Shown: in pieces, positions 47,229 to 60,348 of the stretch
Layout of the letters: the number at the start of each line of letters is the position of its first letter
How positions within the stretch are numbered: the stretch's first letter is position 1
Assembly (NCBI RefSeq): GCF_000281045.1
Contig: NW_008246097.1
Coordinates: 545,911 to 609,910, forward strand
Source of the DNA: Saprolegnia diclina VS20
Taxonomy: Eukaryota
DNA: 64,000 nucleotides
Direction: 5' to 3'
The notes under the pieces: model-generated
Database searches by the model: none
Told to the model about the DNA's origin: nothing
Seen by the model: the letters and a program-made list of their open reading frames with translations, nothing else
Program-made: the position numbers and the translations under genes

Positions 47229-50200
47229 ATGCCATCGAAGAAGCGGCGCGGGTTCCGGCGCAAGGGAAGCGACGGCGAGGGCAGCTCGAGCGAGAAGGGG
47301 GTACCGAGCCCGACGGCAAGCGGCCGACCGAAGCTGCTCATGGGGCGGCCGGCGCTGGGCATCCGCGCGCTGGCCTCGTCGGCCATGGACCCGGCCAACC
47401 TCTTTGGCTTTGGCGACGTGTACCTCTCGGACCTCTCGAGCTTGCGCCAGTTTGAACTCATCAACCTGCAGCCGTTCCCGGTGCGCGTGGACCTGAAGGC
47501 GGAGCTGCGCAAGCCGTTCCATGCCAGCACGTGGGGCTTCCAGACGCAGAACGAGAACCTCCCGGACGACGACGGCGTCGAAGAGTCGCATCTCGTCCGA
47601 AGCATGTCCAAGTCGTCATTCTCGTCGTCGCTTGCCGACACGGTCTTTCTCGACGAAGGCTTTAACGAGCTTTTCAACCAAATGGGGCTCATCGACTCGA
47701 TCGTTTTGCAGCCCAACCAAGCGCAGCGGCTCGTCTTCTCGATCTGCGTCAAGCACGAAGCGTCTGGTACCGCAGCCAAGCCGTCAACAGGTTTGACGTC
47801 CAAAGCAAATGCTGGCGACGACTCGTCTGACGAAGAGCGTCTCTACTTGAACGAGAGCTCGTTCGCGGCGCTCTCGGGGCGGCTCATCTTTTCGACGACC
47901 ATCGTGTCGCCCGATCGGTCGCCGACGTCGCCAGTTGGTGCGCTCGACGCGATCACGATCCCGATCCAGGGCAATGTCTGTCGATCGCTGCTGCGCCTCG
48001 ACGTGAAGGAGCTCCACTTTGACGACTGCATCCCCGGCGGGTCGTACGTCAAGGACTTTACGGTCTGGAACCGGTCCGAGATCCCGCTCGTCTTTCGCAT
48101 GATGTCGTCGATTCCCGACGACCAAAAGGCCATGCTGACGTGCTCCGACTACAATTCGGGCTATGCGATGGGCGAGAACCCGTTCCAAGTCGCCGCGTAC
48201 GGGCACATGCGCGTGCGTGTGACGTACCGCCCCGTCGAGGTACTTGCCTTACACTACTTGTTCTCTGTATCTGGAAACACTGTTTCTAGGTCGGCGAGCA
48301 TAGTTTTGAGATCCTCGTGCAAAACCTCCACGACTCGCGCAACGTCAAGACGCTCAAGGTGCACGCCATCGCGTCCAAGGAGCACCACCGGTTCAGAAAT
48401 CCTGTGCATCTTTTGTCGTCTGATGCTCGATGTCTAGCGAGGGTCTCTCGATCCGGGAGCCGAACGGGTCCTTCTTGATGAGTGGGAGTCTCATGGACTT
48501 TGGGGACTGCTACACGGGCATGCCAACCCCCAAGATCGTGCTCGTCAAGAACATGACGGAAGCGCCGCTCCATATCGAGCTCTCGAGCGACCGGCCGAAG
48601 GAGGTCACGTTTGAGCTCAAGCTCGTGGGCAACAACCGTGCGCGGTCCTCCCGGTCCATGTCGACGATGCGAGGCCTGGGCTTTGACGAGCCGCTCTCGC
48701 CGACCGACTCGCGCCTCTCGCTGTCCCCGACGGCCACGTCGCCGACCAACAGCGTGTTCTTCAAGACCGAGAACGGCGACAGCGACGACGAGCCGGACGA
48801 AAACGACGGCGACGACGAGGACCTCAACTTTAGTCGCAAGCGCAACTCGTTTGAAGACACGCTTTTAAGCGAAATGGAAGACGCGGACGACGACATGGAG
48901 TTTGACGGCGAGCGGCCCGCGCCGCCGCCGAGCCCGAGCAGCCCCAAGACGCACGACGAAGGCCACGCGCCCAACAAGGCGCCGCTGCGCGCACGCTCGT
49001 CGCGCAAGCTTATGCGTGTGCATTCGCGCGTCAAGGACCTCTCCGAAAGCGGGATTGAGAGGTATCTGCGTCGTCTTGTCTCGTTTTGTGTAGAAATAAT
49101 GTTGTGCATTAGCAGTGGCGCCAGTGTCTGCTCGTCGCCCGAGCGCAAGTCGTCGAGCCTTGTGCGCACCAAGACGGGCGTGCGTCCCGCGCTCGATGAT
49201 CACGTCAACAACTACCTCGTCGAGGCGCTCGACCTCGCGCCTGGTGTCGAGCGTACGATCGTCGTGTGGTATACGCCGACGCCGTCCGACGTGTTTGACG
49301 TCAAGAGCTGCCGCCTCACGAAGCAGAGCTTCCGGCTTTCGTTTCGATGCTATCAAGTCCAAGGTGCGTGGACGGGCTCGAACCAGCGCGTGTACGACCG
49401 CAGTTTGGGCAAGTCGCTCCACGCGCGGTCGCGGACGTGTACGTCGTATGTCACGATGACGCCGTCTGTGCTGCACTTTGGCGACTGCAACATTGGCGAG
49501 CTCCGGTCGAGTGCGTGTACGCTCACGAATCACTCGGAGCTCCCGACCGTCGTCAAGCCGTCGGTCGTCTCGAAGGTCGTCTCGACGGTCCCGAACGACG
49601 AGATGCAGCTCGGTCCGAAACAGTCGCTCGAGATGAAGATTGAGATCATTCCGCGCAAGGTCAACGCCAATTATACGCGCGTGGTCAACGCTGTGAATCT
49701 CAAAAACAAACTCAACGTCGCCCAAGTGTGCGTGCGCTCGAGCAACATGGACGCGCACCACGTGATTTACCACTCGCTCTTTTACAAGCTGCACACGCCG
49801 TCCAAGTCGGCGTTTCTCAATTTCGAGCACGTGGCCGCCAACTCGATGAGCATCAAGGTCTTTACGCTCGAAAACATCACGAGCGCCGTGCTCCGGCTCC
49901 GCGTCCAGAGCAGCGACCCGTCGCGCGTCCAGCTCTACTACATTGCGGACCACGCCAAGACCGCTCTCGCCCTCTCGCTCGTGTCGCCTGCCGTGTCGCC
50001 ATTGGCTGCGTCGGCGCCAATCGATTCGCCGCTTGTGTCGCCGGCGCCCGTGGCCGTGACCACCGCAAGCGCCACGTCGTCGTTGCACATGCCGCCGACG
50101 CAGACGATCCGCCGGCGCCGCTCGATTGGCAGCATCAAAGAGCTCAACGCGCCCAAGAAGACCACCGAGCTCTCGCGCCTCCAAGAGCTCTTGTCGAAAA

Positions 50201-53200
50201 AGAAACATACAACCAAGCGCAACGGCAGTCGGTCGACGACAGCGACACCGGCGATGCCCACGACGCCCCTCGCGGGCTCGGCGACGCCGACGCCAACGTC
50301 AACGTCGACGATGCCGTCGGTGCCGACCGTCGTCGAGCGAAGCAACGGTAATGGCGCCAAGAAGGAGCTCGATGCGGTGACGTCTGATGTCGTCGGCATG
50401 TTTGAGTCGCTTCGCTTTGACGCCGAGCGCGAGAAGGACACGGTGACCTTGATCCGCGAGCGCGTCCGCCGGTTCCACCAGCTCGTCGCCGACAAGCACC
50501 TTGTGCCCGTGCTCACGACGAAAGAGTGGAACGTTCGCATTCCGGCCAAAGGGTCGCTTCCGATCCTCGCGGTCTTCACGCCCAAGGTCGGGGAGGAGAC
50601 GCCTGAGAAATCCCGCGTTGAAAAGTACAAGGTGTTTGTGACGCTGCCGGCAGGCGGCAACCAACAGGGGCGGCACCCGGACCTCTCGGCGTCGGCGTCG
50701 CTCGGGCACTCGCTGCACCCGTTCGACACGCGGCCGTCGGTGCGCGAATTGCTCCTCAAGAGCCGCGTGTGTCGCTCCGTGCTGCAAGTGAACCAGAAAA
50801 ACATCAACTTTGGGCGCATCACGACGTTCAGCAAGAGCTCCAAGAAGGTGCTGGTCCGCAACGGGTCGGCGATCCCGCTCGTCTACATGATTGAGAAGAC
50901 GGGGTCGATCTCGTCCGGGTTTCTCGAGATCAAAGACGGCGACGTGGGCGTCATCAAGCCCTTTGGCGCGCGCCACGTGTGCTTTGAGTTTCAGCCAACA
51001 CTCGCGGGTCCGTTCGAGGAGAAGCTCAAGATTGTCAACGTCCAAGACGTCGAAAACTCGGTGTTTGTCACGATCAAGGCCAAGGTCGTCAAGCGCGAGA
51101 CGTTCAAACTGCCGCAGGCCGGCCAGCCCATCTCGGTCGGCACGTGCCTCGTCGACGAGCCGAGCGACGCATTCAAGCTCACGATCCGCAACATGAGCCG
51201 CAAGAAGCGCGAGTACGTCATCGAGGTCGACACAGTGACGGGCTTTTCCGTGCCGTCGCTACGCCCGACGTTCTCCTTCAACTTGGATGCCATCCCCGCG
51301 GCCAACATTACGCAAGCGCAGGAGAAGAAGCTCGACGAGGAGCTCGAGAAGCTCGAGCACAAGCTCCGAATCGCTGTCACCAAGAAGAAGGAAGACAAGA
51401 TTGGGAAGCTCAACTCCAAGATCAGTCACGTCAAGGCGCTTTTATCGGGCGAAGGCAGTGCCGAGACGGGCAAACACCCGCCACGGAGCAGCGCGTCGGC
51501 GTACGACAGCGGCAACAGCGACACCGAGTCCGAGTCCGAGTCGCGGACGCCGCTTCGGCGCCAGGTCGTTCGCCGGCGGTCGGTGCCCACGGTCATTCAC
51601 AACACGTTGCATTTCACGCTCGAGCCCGAGTCGACGGGACGCATTGTCGGCACGGTCGTCTTCAAGCAGGAGGGCGACGTCGTGTCGGCGAAGAAAGCGG
51701 GTCCGCACCGCCGCCGCCACCACGGGCGCCGCGGCAAGGGCGGCATGTTGCCGCCGACAGCGGCCCCGGGCGCCGCGACCCCGATCTTTGGCGTCGGCAA
51801 ATTCCTCTTTTACGAGCAGCAAAATAAGGACGTGATGAAGGAGCTGCAGTACAAGGCCGACGTGTACCTCCGAACACCCGCGGGCGAGAACGCCTACTGC
51901 CGTGTCGTCGGCAAAACGCTGCTGCCGCCCATGCCGTTCCGAGACCCGGTGCCGAGCAAGCCGGCCATTGATCGGTTCCAGGTCAGCGTCGGGCAGCTTG
52001 GCGCGACGCGGCCATCGACGCTGCTCTTGCCGATCGAAGAAGCACCGAGTGACGCGCTGGGATGGCTCCTCGAAGTGCGCCCGAAGGAAGCAAGCACGCT
52101 CGAGCTCAAGTGGGTGCCGTCGGACGCGTTCCAAGATGTTGTCGGGCTCGCGATCGACATGGCCGACGACGTGCCCATGGCGCTGCCTCAAAAGCTCGCG
52201 ATTACGCCGGACACGGCTTCGAACCTGCACGTGCGCTGGCATTTTGCGGCCAAGTCGGGGATCGAGGCCACGGCACCGCTGGCGACAACGCTGGGAAAGC
52301 TCGCGCTGCCGTCCGAGTGGAAGAAGAAGGGCGAGTTTCCCGCTGGTCGTCTCGTGCTCAGCGATGGCAAGTCGACGTCCAGCGTCGATGTCACGATCGT
52401 CAAGACGGTCCAGCGGTCGCTCCATCTCGAGTCGGACCGCGTCGACCTCGGCGAGCAGCAGCTTGGCGCGGTCGTGCACGGCGTCTTTTACGTGTGCAAC
52501 GCGTCGTCGACGCCGGTCAAGTTTCTCGTGCTTGTCTCGTCGATTGGCCCGGATGACGCGCCGGCAAAAGCGACCAACCTCGTGCTCCCGACGGCGACAG
52601 GGCGCGTCGAGGGCAATGGCCGCACGCCGATCCGGTTCACATACACGGGCACGAGCTCGGGCAAGCACACGGAAGCGATTCTCGTCCGCAACCTCAACGA
52701 CCGGCTCGACTCGACGACGGTCAACATCAACGTCCGCGTGACGCGCCCTGTCTACGTGCGCATCCCGGAACTTGACCCGCATTTTACGGGGCAGCTCACG
52801 GACCTCAACATTGGTGCTTGCTACGTCACGGCCGACGAGATCGACGGCAAGTTTAGCAAGGTGCGCAAGATCACGCTTGTGTCCCAGGTCACGGAAACGC
52901 TCCTTCTGTGTGCGTCGTCGAACCTCAAGACGCAGTGCTACGTCTACGAGGACGCGGCGCTGCAGCACGACGCGACCAACATTGTGCTCCCGGGCATGGA
53001 GGCCACGGACCTGTACATTGCATTTCGGCCGCGCTTGCCCGCCGACGCGTTCAAGACGGGGGCGTCGCGCGACCTCATGGGCGGCATTCGCATGCAGCTG
53101 TTCCGGGAAAAGGACGCGCTCGAGGACCGCGTGCTGGCCGCCGAGTTTACCGTCAAGTTTGTCGGCGTCGCGGGCGCGAGCTTGGCCACCGTGGTGCCGC

Positions 53201-56200
53201 GCGAGATTGACTTTGGGACTGAGCTCAACATTGGTCGGCTCCAGCGCTGCAAAACCCACGAAGGGGGGTTTGAGCTCACCAACGTCAACAAGTCGCTGCC
53301 ATTGACGTACCGCGTGTACGTTGCGGCCGTGCACGAAGCTGGCTACTCGGACGACGACGAGTCGCTGCACGTGTCGCTCCGGCATGAAAAGGGCGAGATC
53401 CCGCCGGGCGAGTCGTGCCGCATCGACTTTAACGTGGCGGCGTTCACGCACGGCCTCTTTCGCCGGCGCATCGTGGTCGAGAACGTGTACAACCCGCAGA
53501 ACGTCAACACGGTCGACGTGGTGCTCTTTGTCGACAATGGCAGCATCGCGTGCGACGTCGTACCGCGCGCGGCCTTGTACACGCTGCAGGACCGACTCCG
53601 CGCAATGCTGCAAGGCGATTTGTTTGCGACGAAACCCAGTGTCCTCGCGCTCGGGACGGTGCCCGTCATTACGAGCGAGCCCCTCGGCTTGGCCGCCAAC
53701 AGCGACAACCAGCGCCAGTACCGCATCTTTCAGCCGTCGACGGTCGCAGACCACCGGTGGTACGTCTCGCTCGTGAACCGCTCGTCGCGCGCCGTGACGC
53801 TGCGCCCGATCTCGAACCTCCCGCTACTTTTTTCGTGGCTTGTGCTCGATGCACCGGCAGCGAGCCGCGTCCCAACGTTTGCCAATGGGATCACGGCGAC
53901 CGATGCGCGCGAGCTCTCGGCGGTGCCCAGCAGCAATGCGAGTGCCGTCGGCCTCTACACGGGCCCGGTGTTTACGCTGGAGCCGCACACGATCGTGGTC
54001 GTCGCGACACAGTTTGCGCCGGTGGCGTGCTCGGACCTCTTGCCGATCGATGCGATGGACGCGGGGAAGACCGTGCCGCTCCAAGGCATGATTGCGTTCC
54101 AGAGTTTCGAGGACCACCACGAGCAGTGCGAGGCGACGACGCTCGGCGTGCTGCCTGTCACGGGTGTCTACGGCGAATCGCGCCTTCAAGTGCTCTCGTC
54201 GCACATTTCGCTCGGCAAGATTGGCTACTCGACGGCGTGGTCGCCGTGCACGTTTGAAGTGGACGTCAAGAACGTGGCTGATGTTCCGGGCCTCTTTTGT
54301 CTCGGACCGCTCCCGCCGTGTTTGGTGCTGCTCGAGATTCATAGCGCGGCGCGCGTGTCGTCTCCGAAGTACAGTCATTGTGACGACGACGACGTGTCGA
54401 CAACGGGCGTCGTCTCGCTCCAAGAGCAGCTCGCAACGGCGCTCTCGGGTGCTGTCTCGGACGTCTTTTACGAAATCGAAAGCCGAGCGACCGCGACATT
54501 GGTGTTCGAGTGCCTCCACACCCCCGAGGTACCTCTCTCTCGTCAAGTGACTTGGTATGATGGCGTCGATGCTAGTACCTTGGCGCCGGGCGGCACGAGC
54601 TCAGCTTGAGTCTCTTCAACTTTCACAACCCGCACAACACGCAGGTCGTCACGGTCTCGGCGCATGTGATTGCGAATTACATGGACATTGCGCTCGAGAG
54701 CGACTGCGTCCGGTCCGACGAAGCGCTCGTCGCGTACGTGCCTCCGCTTGTGCTGCCGAGCGACGCGCCCTCGGGCTTTCTCTGCACGATCCACAACGTG
54801 TTTGACGACGACCTCGAGATCAAGCTGTCGTGCCATGTATCCGACGCGCTCGCAAGGTACGTTCTTCTTCTATACAAAGAGCATATCGTATGACAAATAC
54901 GTAGTGTGCTGGAAGTGGCTGTCGTGTCGCGGTCGTCCAACACGCCACTGACGGCGCTGACGCTGCCACCCGGCGAGCACGTGGACGTGCGTGTGCACTG
55001 CAGCATGCTGCCGGGGGCGACGTGGACGGACCTCCCGTTTGCGTCCTCAAGCGACGGCTCGCGCTTTGATGACGCGTGCGATTTTGGCATGCTGTGCATC
55101 GCTGCGACCGCTTTGGACTCGGCGGCGCGCATCCGCGAGATCGCAATCAAGGGCGCGCTTGTGCTCGGGCAATCGTTCAGCCTCTCGGCGCGCCAGCTGC
55201 GGTTCCACGCCAACCCGCTCCCGCGCTCGAGCTGCTACCAGTTGCAGCAAAGCTCGGACTGCTTTTGGATCCAAAACCCGTCGACGACGCAGCCGCTCAC
55301 GTTTGAGGTCACGTCATACTCGACGCACGTGCCCGGGCTCTGCTTTTTGCACAAGGAGACGTCGGCGGCGGCGATGGGCGACGTTCTCTGCGCCGTTGTG
55401 ACGCCGTCGACGGGCACGATTGCGCCCAAGAGCTCGATGAAGGTGCTCGTGCATTTGGAAGAGTGCACGCACGCGGCCCACGAAGCACACAGCGAGCCAC
55501 ACTGCATGCTCCTCTCGGTGCGCGATGTCACTGCGTCTAGCTCCTCGGCCCTCATTGACGTGCTGCTGGTCATGGAAGAAGCCGAGATGGCGGCGCTGCC
55601 GCCCGCCGTCATCCAGAGCGCCGTGTCAAAGCGCCGGCCACGCCTCGACACAACGTCGTCCAGTAACAGTATGCAGCTCGAGGAGAACGTCGCAAACGAG
55701 TCTGCGGTCGTGGAGAGTGACGCCGTGTCGTCACCGTCGCCGCCACCGTCCGAGGTGCTCGAGGCCGCGACCGATGCACTTTTGACGGTACGCGGGTGCA
55801 CGCCGGCCGAGAACTCGACGCTCGACAACACGCTGTACGTCATTGACGTGGGGCAGCACACGGTGCGCGCGGGCGGCGAGATCGAGTGGGAGATTACGCT
55901 GCACAACGAGCAGGAGAAGAGCGTCGGGTACCGGTTGTACCTTGCGGACGCCAAAGCGTCGTCGTGGCTGCGCCTGAGCAAGTCGCAGGGGTCGCTCTTG
56001 TCGTACCAGACGATCGTGCTCCGCTTTGCGCGCGACGTGGTCGGCGTCTACAGCACGTTTCTCGTGCTCGAGAACGTCGGCAACCCGAGCGATCTCAAGC
56101 TCATTCGCGTCAAGATGGAGGTGATTGCGGACCTCAACGCGCTCCGGGCCATGGCCAAAGACAAGTCGGACACGAACCTCTTTCGAGTCCTCGTGTCCAA

Positions 56201-57792
56201 CTACTCTGGCTCGAAGCGGCAGCGGCGCAAGTCGTCCGAGTTTTCTCTGACGCCCGAGGACCCGCCGTCGCGCTTGGAGATCGAGTACGGCGACGTCTTT
56301 TACGACAAGCTGTACCACAACCACTCGGTGCTGCTCGAGAATTTCTCGAGCTTGTCGCTCGACTTTATGCTCTCGAGCAACGGGCGGCCGCACGAAGTGG
56401 GCTTCTCCATGTCGCCGACCTCGTTCAACGAGATTAGCAGCGTGACACTTGGCGCGTACCAGCGGCTGCAGGTGTTTCTCAACTTTCGACCGGCGCCCAA
56501 GAAGGCGACCGCGACCGCCGAGAGCTGGGTGCGCAACATTGAGGTCTACGTCAACTGCCGGCTCGTCAAGGACTTTCGCGAGACAGTGTTTTTGAAAGCA
56601 ACGTGCAACATGCCGCAGCTCCACGTGCACATTGCGCACGCGCAGCCGACGCTCGGCGACTGGCCGACGTACCACGAGCCGGCGCTGCCGTACTTCGCCG
56701 CGCAACCCACGTTCCTCGGCATGGGCTTTTCCGCGCCCGAGTCCATCTTGTGCGAAGACTCGCCGACCGAGATGCAAGCCGACGCCAAGTTCATCGTGCT
56801 CCGCAACGTGCGCAGCGACGTCAACGCGCACGTGGCGATCCGCAACGACAGCATGTTTTTCGAGGTGAGCGTCGACCACATTGTCGACGTCGACGGCGTC
56901 CTCGCGCCGCTCGCGCTGCGTGTTGCAGGCGACCAAAAGCACGCAACATTGTCGCTCAAGCTCGAACCGCACGACATTGCGGTGCTGCGGATCGAGCCCA
57001 ACTTGGAGCTGCTCCGGAAGCACCGGCAGCAGTGGGAGCACAGCGTGAAGGAGCACATTGCGTTTTACAACATGAAGCAGTTTGCCGAGCACTACCACGT
57101 GTCGCTGAGCTTCACGCCGAGCAACATGTCGAGCTTCCTCAACGCGCCGCAGCTCCGCGAAGCGTACCCGTTCTCGACGCTGGAAGACACGATCGCCAAA
57201 TTCCTCAAGGTAGATTGAGCTGTGAATCTCGAGCCGAGAGTGACGCAGTGTGTAGAACTTTCAACTGTTTTGGAAAGGCCTCCACACCGTGCTGCTCGAC
57301 ACGGACCTCGACGACGACAACCGCCGGTCGCTCTTGTACGAGCTCGAGCACGCGATCGACCTCGTCGTGCCCGTAAGTCCGCGCCCGCACGGCCGCCTCG
57401 GCCAGGCCACGATCCCGCAGTCGTACCGCGCGCTGTACTTTGACTTTTACTACATCACGGACGAGCTCATCTGGTACGGCGTCCGCAGCAACGCGGGTCG
57501 GCACACGGTGACGCTGGCCGACTTGGTCTACGGCGTCGTCTTTGGCCATGAGGTCTTTGCCTGCATCTTTGAGGCGTCAAGCGGTGCGTCGTCGACACCG
57601 ACGACGCTCTCGCCGCTACTTCCGCTGCTGCAAAAGCACCGGCTCGAAAAGTTCATGGACGTCCGCCGCCTCCTCCTGCCGTGGACACGCCAGCTCGGGT
57701 ACTTTTTGAGCTTTTTTCCCGAAAACCAAGAGACGACGCTGCCGCTGCGCCAGCTCTACGAGCCGCTCAAGCGCTCCGACCTCCAGCGATAA
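47229..57792 (+). CDS. Giant (~3300 aa) protein with multiple ASH/PapD-like immunoglobulin-fold repeats
   Basis: Recurring L/I-x-F-G-x...-V-x-N-x-S units (LHFDDC..FTVWNRSEIP; MDFGDC..LVKNMT; LHFGDC..LTNHSELP; INFGRI..VRNGSAIP; VDLGEQ..VCNAS; IDFGTE..LTNVN). Five long ORFs joined by short introns. Confidence 0.8.
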
Positions 57793-57837
57793 GCCGCCGC
57801 AATACAAGTGTTGCATATACCACAATGGTTCTTGTCT

Positions 57838-58098
57838 CTATGAGCCCCACTCGGCGGGCAGAATGGCAAACGCGGTCGGCGGCGGTGGCCGCAGCGACGG
57901 CGGCAGCGAGAGGTCGGTGGAGGCTGGCCCGGCATGCGTCCACTGGCCGTCGGTCCGCGCCGCGCCCGTGTCGACCGCATCGTACCACAGCTTGACGTTG
58001 GCCTTGTGCGCTCGCCCCGAGAGGTGCTTCTTCCGCGCCTCGTGCGAGTCCGTGAACGACTTGTTGCAGTACGCGCAGACGTACGTCTCCTTGCCCAT
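57838..58098 (-). CDS. ZMAT5: ZMAT5 / U11-U12 snRNP 20K-like matrin zinc-finger protein (short form)
   Basis: MGKETYVCAYCNKSFTDSHEARKKHLSGRAHKANVKLWYD plus C-terminal LPPSLRPPPP...EWG, matching both conserved ends of ZMAT5. Confidence 0.85.
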   Translation of the reverse strand: MGKETYVCAYCNKSFTDSHEARKKHLSGRAHKANVKLWYDAVDTGAARTDGQWTHAGPASTDLSLPPSLRPPPPTAFAILPAEWGS

Positions 58099-58237
58099 GC
58101 TGCACTGGCCGAAATCCCCGGAAATCCCAATGTGGTGTACCGTAAAATCGATCGAAATCCGGAAAAACGTCGGGGTCCGATGCGTGTTGTAGCAAGTAGG
58201 GGGTCGTCCTTGTTTGGTTCAAGGTAGATATTGCGCG

Positions 58238-59068
58238 ATGGACCTGGACGCATGCTTGGACATCCTCAAGGCCCGCCAGGGCTGCGACCACGAGGAGCAT
58301 GCTGGCCATGAAGCGACGCCCTGCGCCGTGGCCAACGTCAAGCAGACGCTCGCGCACGACTTGCACCTCGAGAGCTGCGTGCCCGAGGATGACGACCTGC
58401 AGGCGACGTCGACCCGTGGCTTGTACGATGCGTTCATGCGCTGCCAAAGCAAGCGCGTCGAGATCTACGCGCGCTTCGAGACGTAGGCGTCGCGAGCGTG
58501 CGTACTTCGTATGATGCGTGGTGCTAGGGGCTTTGTCGAGCTCATGTTCAAGGACGAGTTTGCCGTCTTTTGTACGCTTTTGGTTCGCCTTACCATGGGC
58601 TCATGATCCGGCGGCTAGCTCAAGAAATCACCAAGCATTTTGCGGCCGTGAGCGCCGAGATCAACCGCATCGAGGTCGCTTTGATTGCGATGCTCGTACC
58701 TCATGCAATGGTGCCAGGCGACGCTCCGCGCGCGCGACGCGACGACGCTCGCCGCCCTCATTCGCAAGGTCCAGATCCAGGAGAAGGAAAAGCTCCTCCT
58801 CGTACGACGACCATATCTCCCTACTAGTCATAAAAGGCAATACGTAGACGTCGGCCTTGCTCTTGGAGCGCATGCGATCCAAGCAGACGCGCGACGACGA
58901 CGTGTCAGCGAGCATCTACGACACCTCGATCCGGTCCATGGAGGGTACCCACACCAAGATCATTGAAGCCATTAACGAGCTCCTCGTCGAGATGCAGTAC
59001 GAGGTACGTGTCATCCTCGACCGCCTTGGCGCTGAACATGGTGCTAGGTGGCGGAGCTCGACGCTTAA
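58238..59068 (+). CDS. REX1-B (required for excision 1-B) domain protein
   Basis: FMRCQSKRVEIYARFE, QEITKHFAAVSAEINRIE, LIRKVQIQEKEKLLL|TSAL, IIEAINELL. Multi-exon. Confidence 0.78.
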
Positions 59069-59134
59069 GTGCAATGGAAACAGCTAGTAGACAGATTATG
59101 GACACGACGTCGTCCTGTATTGCGCTTCCTAGTC

Positions 59135-60348
59135 TTAGTCCGACTTGGCCTTGGCGGCCGCGGCCGACTCTTTGAGCGTAAAGATTTGCGCCGTCTCGGG
59201 CACAGCGCCGTAGTTGACAAAGAGGTGCGCAGTCTTGAAGAAGGCCGAGATGATGGGCTCGTCGTTCTTGCGCACGAGGTGCGGGTACGCGGCCGCAAAG
59301 TGCTTGGTGGCTTCGTTGAGCTTGTAGTGCGGAATGATCGGGAACAAGTGGTGGACCTGGTGCGTGCCAATGTGGTGGCTCAGGTTATCCACGAACGTGC
59401 CGTACGAGCGGTCGACGCTCGAGAGGTTGCCCTTGACGTACGTCCACTCCGAGTCGCCGTACCACGGCGTCGCTTCGTCGTTGTGGTGCTACAACCATGT
59501 GAGCGAGAACGACCACACGCTCGCTTCTTACCAAGAAGGTCGTGATGACGAGGAACGAGGCAAAGACAAAGAGCGGCGCATAGTAGTAGAGGCCCATGAC
59601 GGCAAAGCCGAGCGAGTACGTGAGGTACGCGTACGCGGCGAAGAAGGCGGCCCAGACGCCGAGCGACACGATGACGGCCGAAGCGCGGCGAAGGAGGAGC
59701 GGGTCCCACTACCATGCGCATGAGTTTCGTCGGGTTGCAGCATCGCGTGGCATACCGGGTCAAAGTGGCTCATCGTGCGCGGGGCATACCCGACCTTCAA
59801 GTAGACAAACCACGCACCGCCGAGCGTGTAGACCTAATGCGCTCGTGAGCCTCGGAGAGCGCTGGTAGCGTGCAGCGTACCCATTGGCGCACGTCCTGGA
59901 GGTCCTTGACCGACCGGTGCGGGTAAAAGATCTCGTCCTTGTCGATGTTGCCCGTGTTCTTGTGGTGGTGGCGGTGCGTCACGCGCCAGCTCTCGAACGG
60001 CGTCAAAATCGCAGAGTGCATGATGCAGCCGATGATAAAGTTGACGCTGTGGTAGCGCGAGAAGGCCGAGTGGCCGCAGTCGTGGCCGACCGTGAAGAAG
60101 CCCCAGAAGATGACGCCCTGCACGTAGATGTAGGTGGCGCAAGCGAGCGCGTGGAGCAGAACGTTATCGGCAATGAACGGCGTCGAGCGCGCCGCGTAGA
60201 GCAGCGCCGCCGAGGCCGACGCGTTGAAGATCGCGCGGACCGTGTAGTAGAGCGAGAGGCCGAGGTTCGACTCGAAGCACGCGTTCGGGATCGAGTGCTT
60301 GAGCTCCGTGAGCGTCGGGAACTCGACCTTGGTCTTATCCTCGGTCAT
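59135..60348 (-). CDS. sdd17: Omega-3 (delta-17) fatty acid desaturase
   Basis: His boxes HDCGH, HRHHHK and HQVHH. N-terminus MTEDKTKVEFPTLTELKHSIP and C-terminus AAAAKAKSD recognised from Saprolegnia diclina Sdd17. Three introns. Confidence 0.95.

Noticed and set aside
3922..60348. Apparent lipid-metabolism cluster (sterol oxidase, malate synthase, lipin-like, hydrolase, desaturase)
   Set aside because: The genes are scattered over 56 kb among unrelated genes and belong to different pathways.
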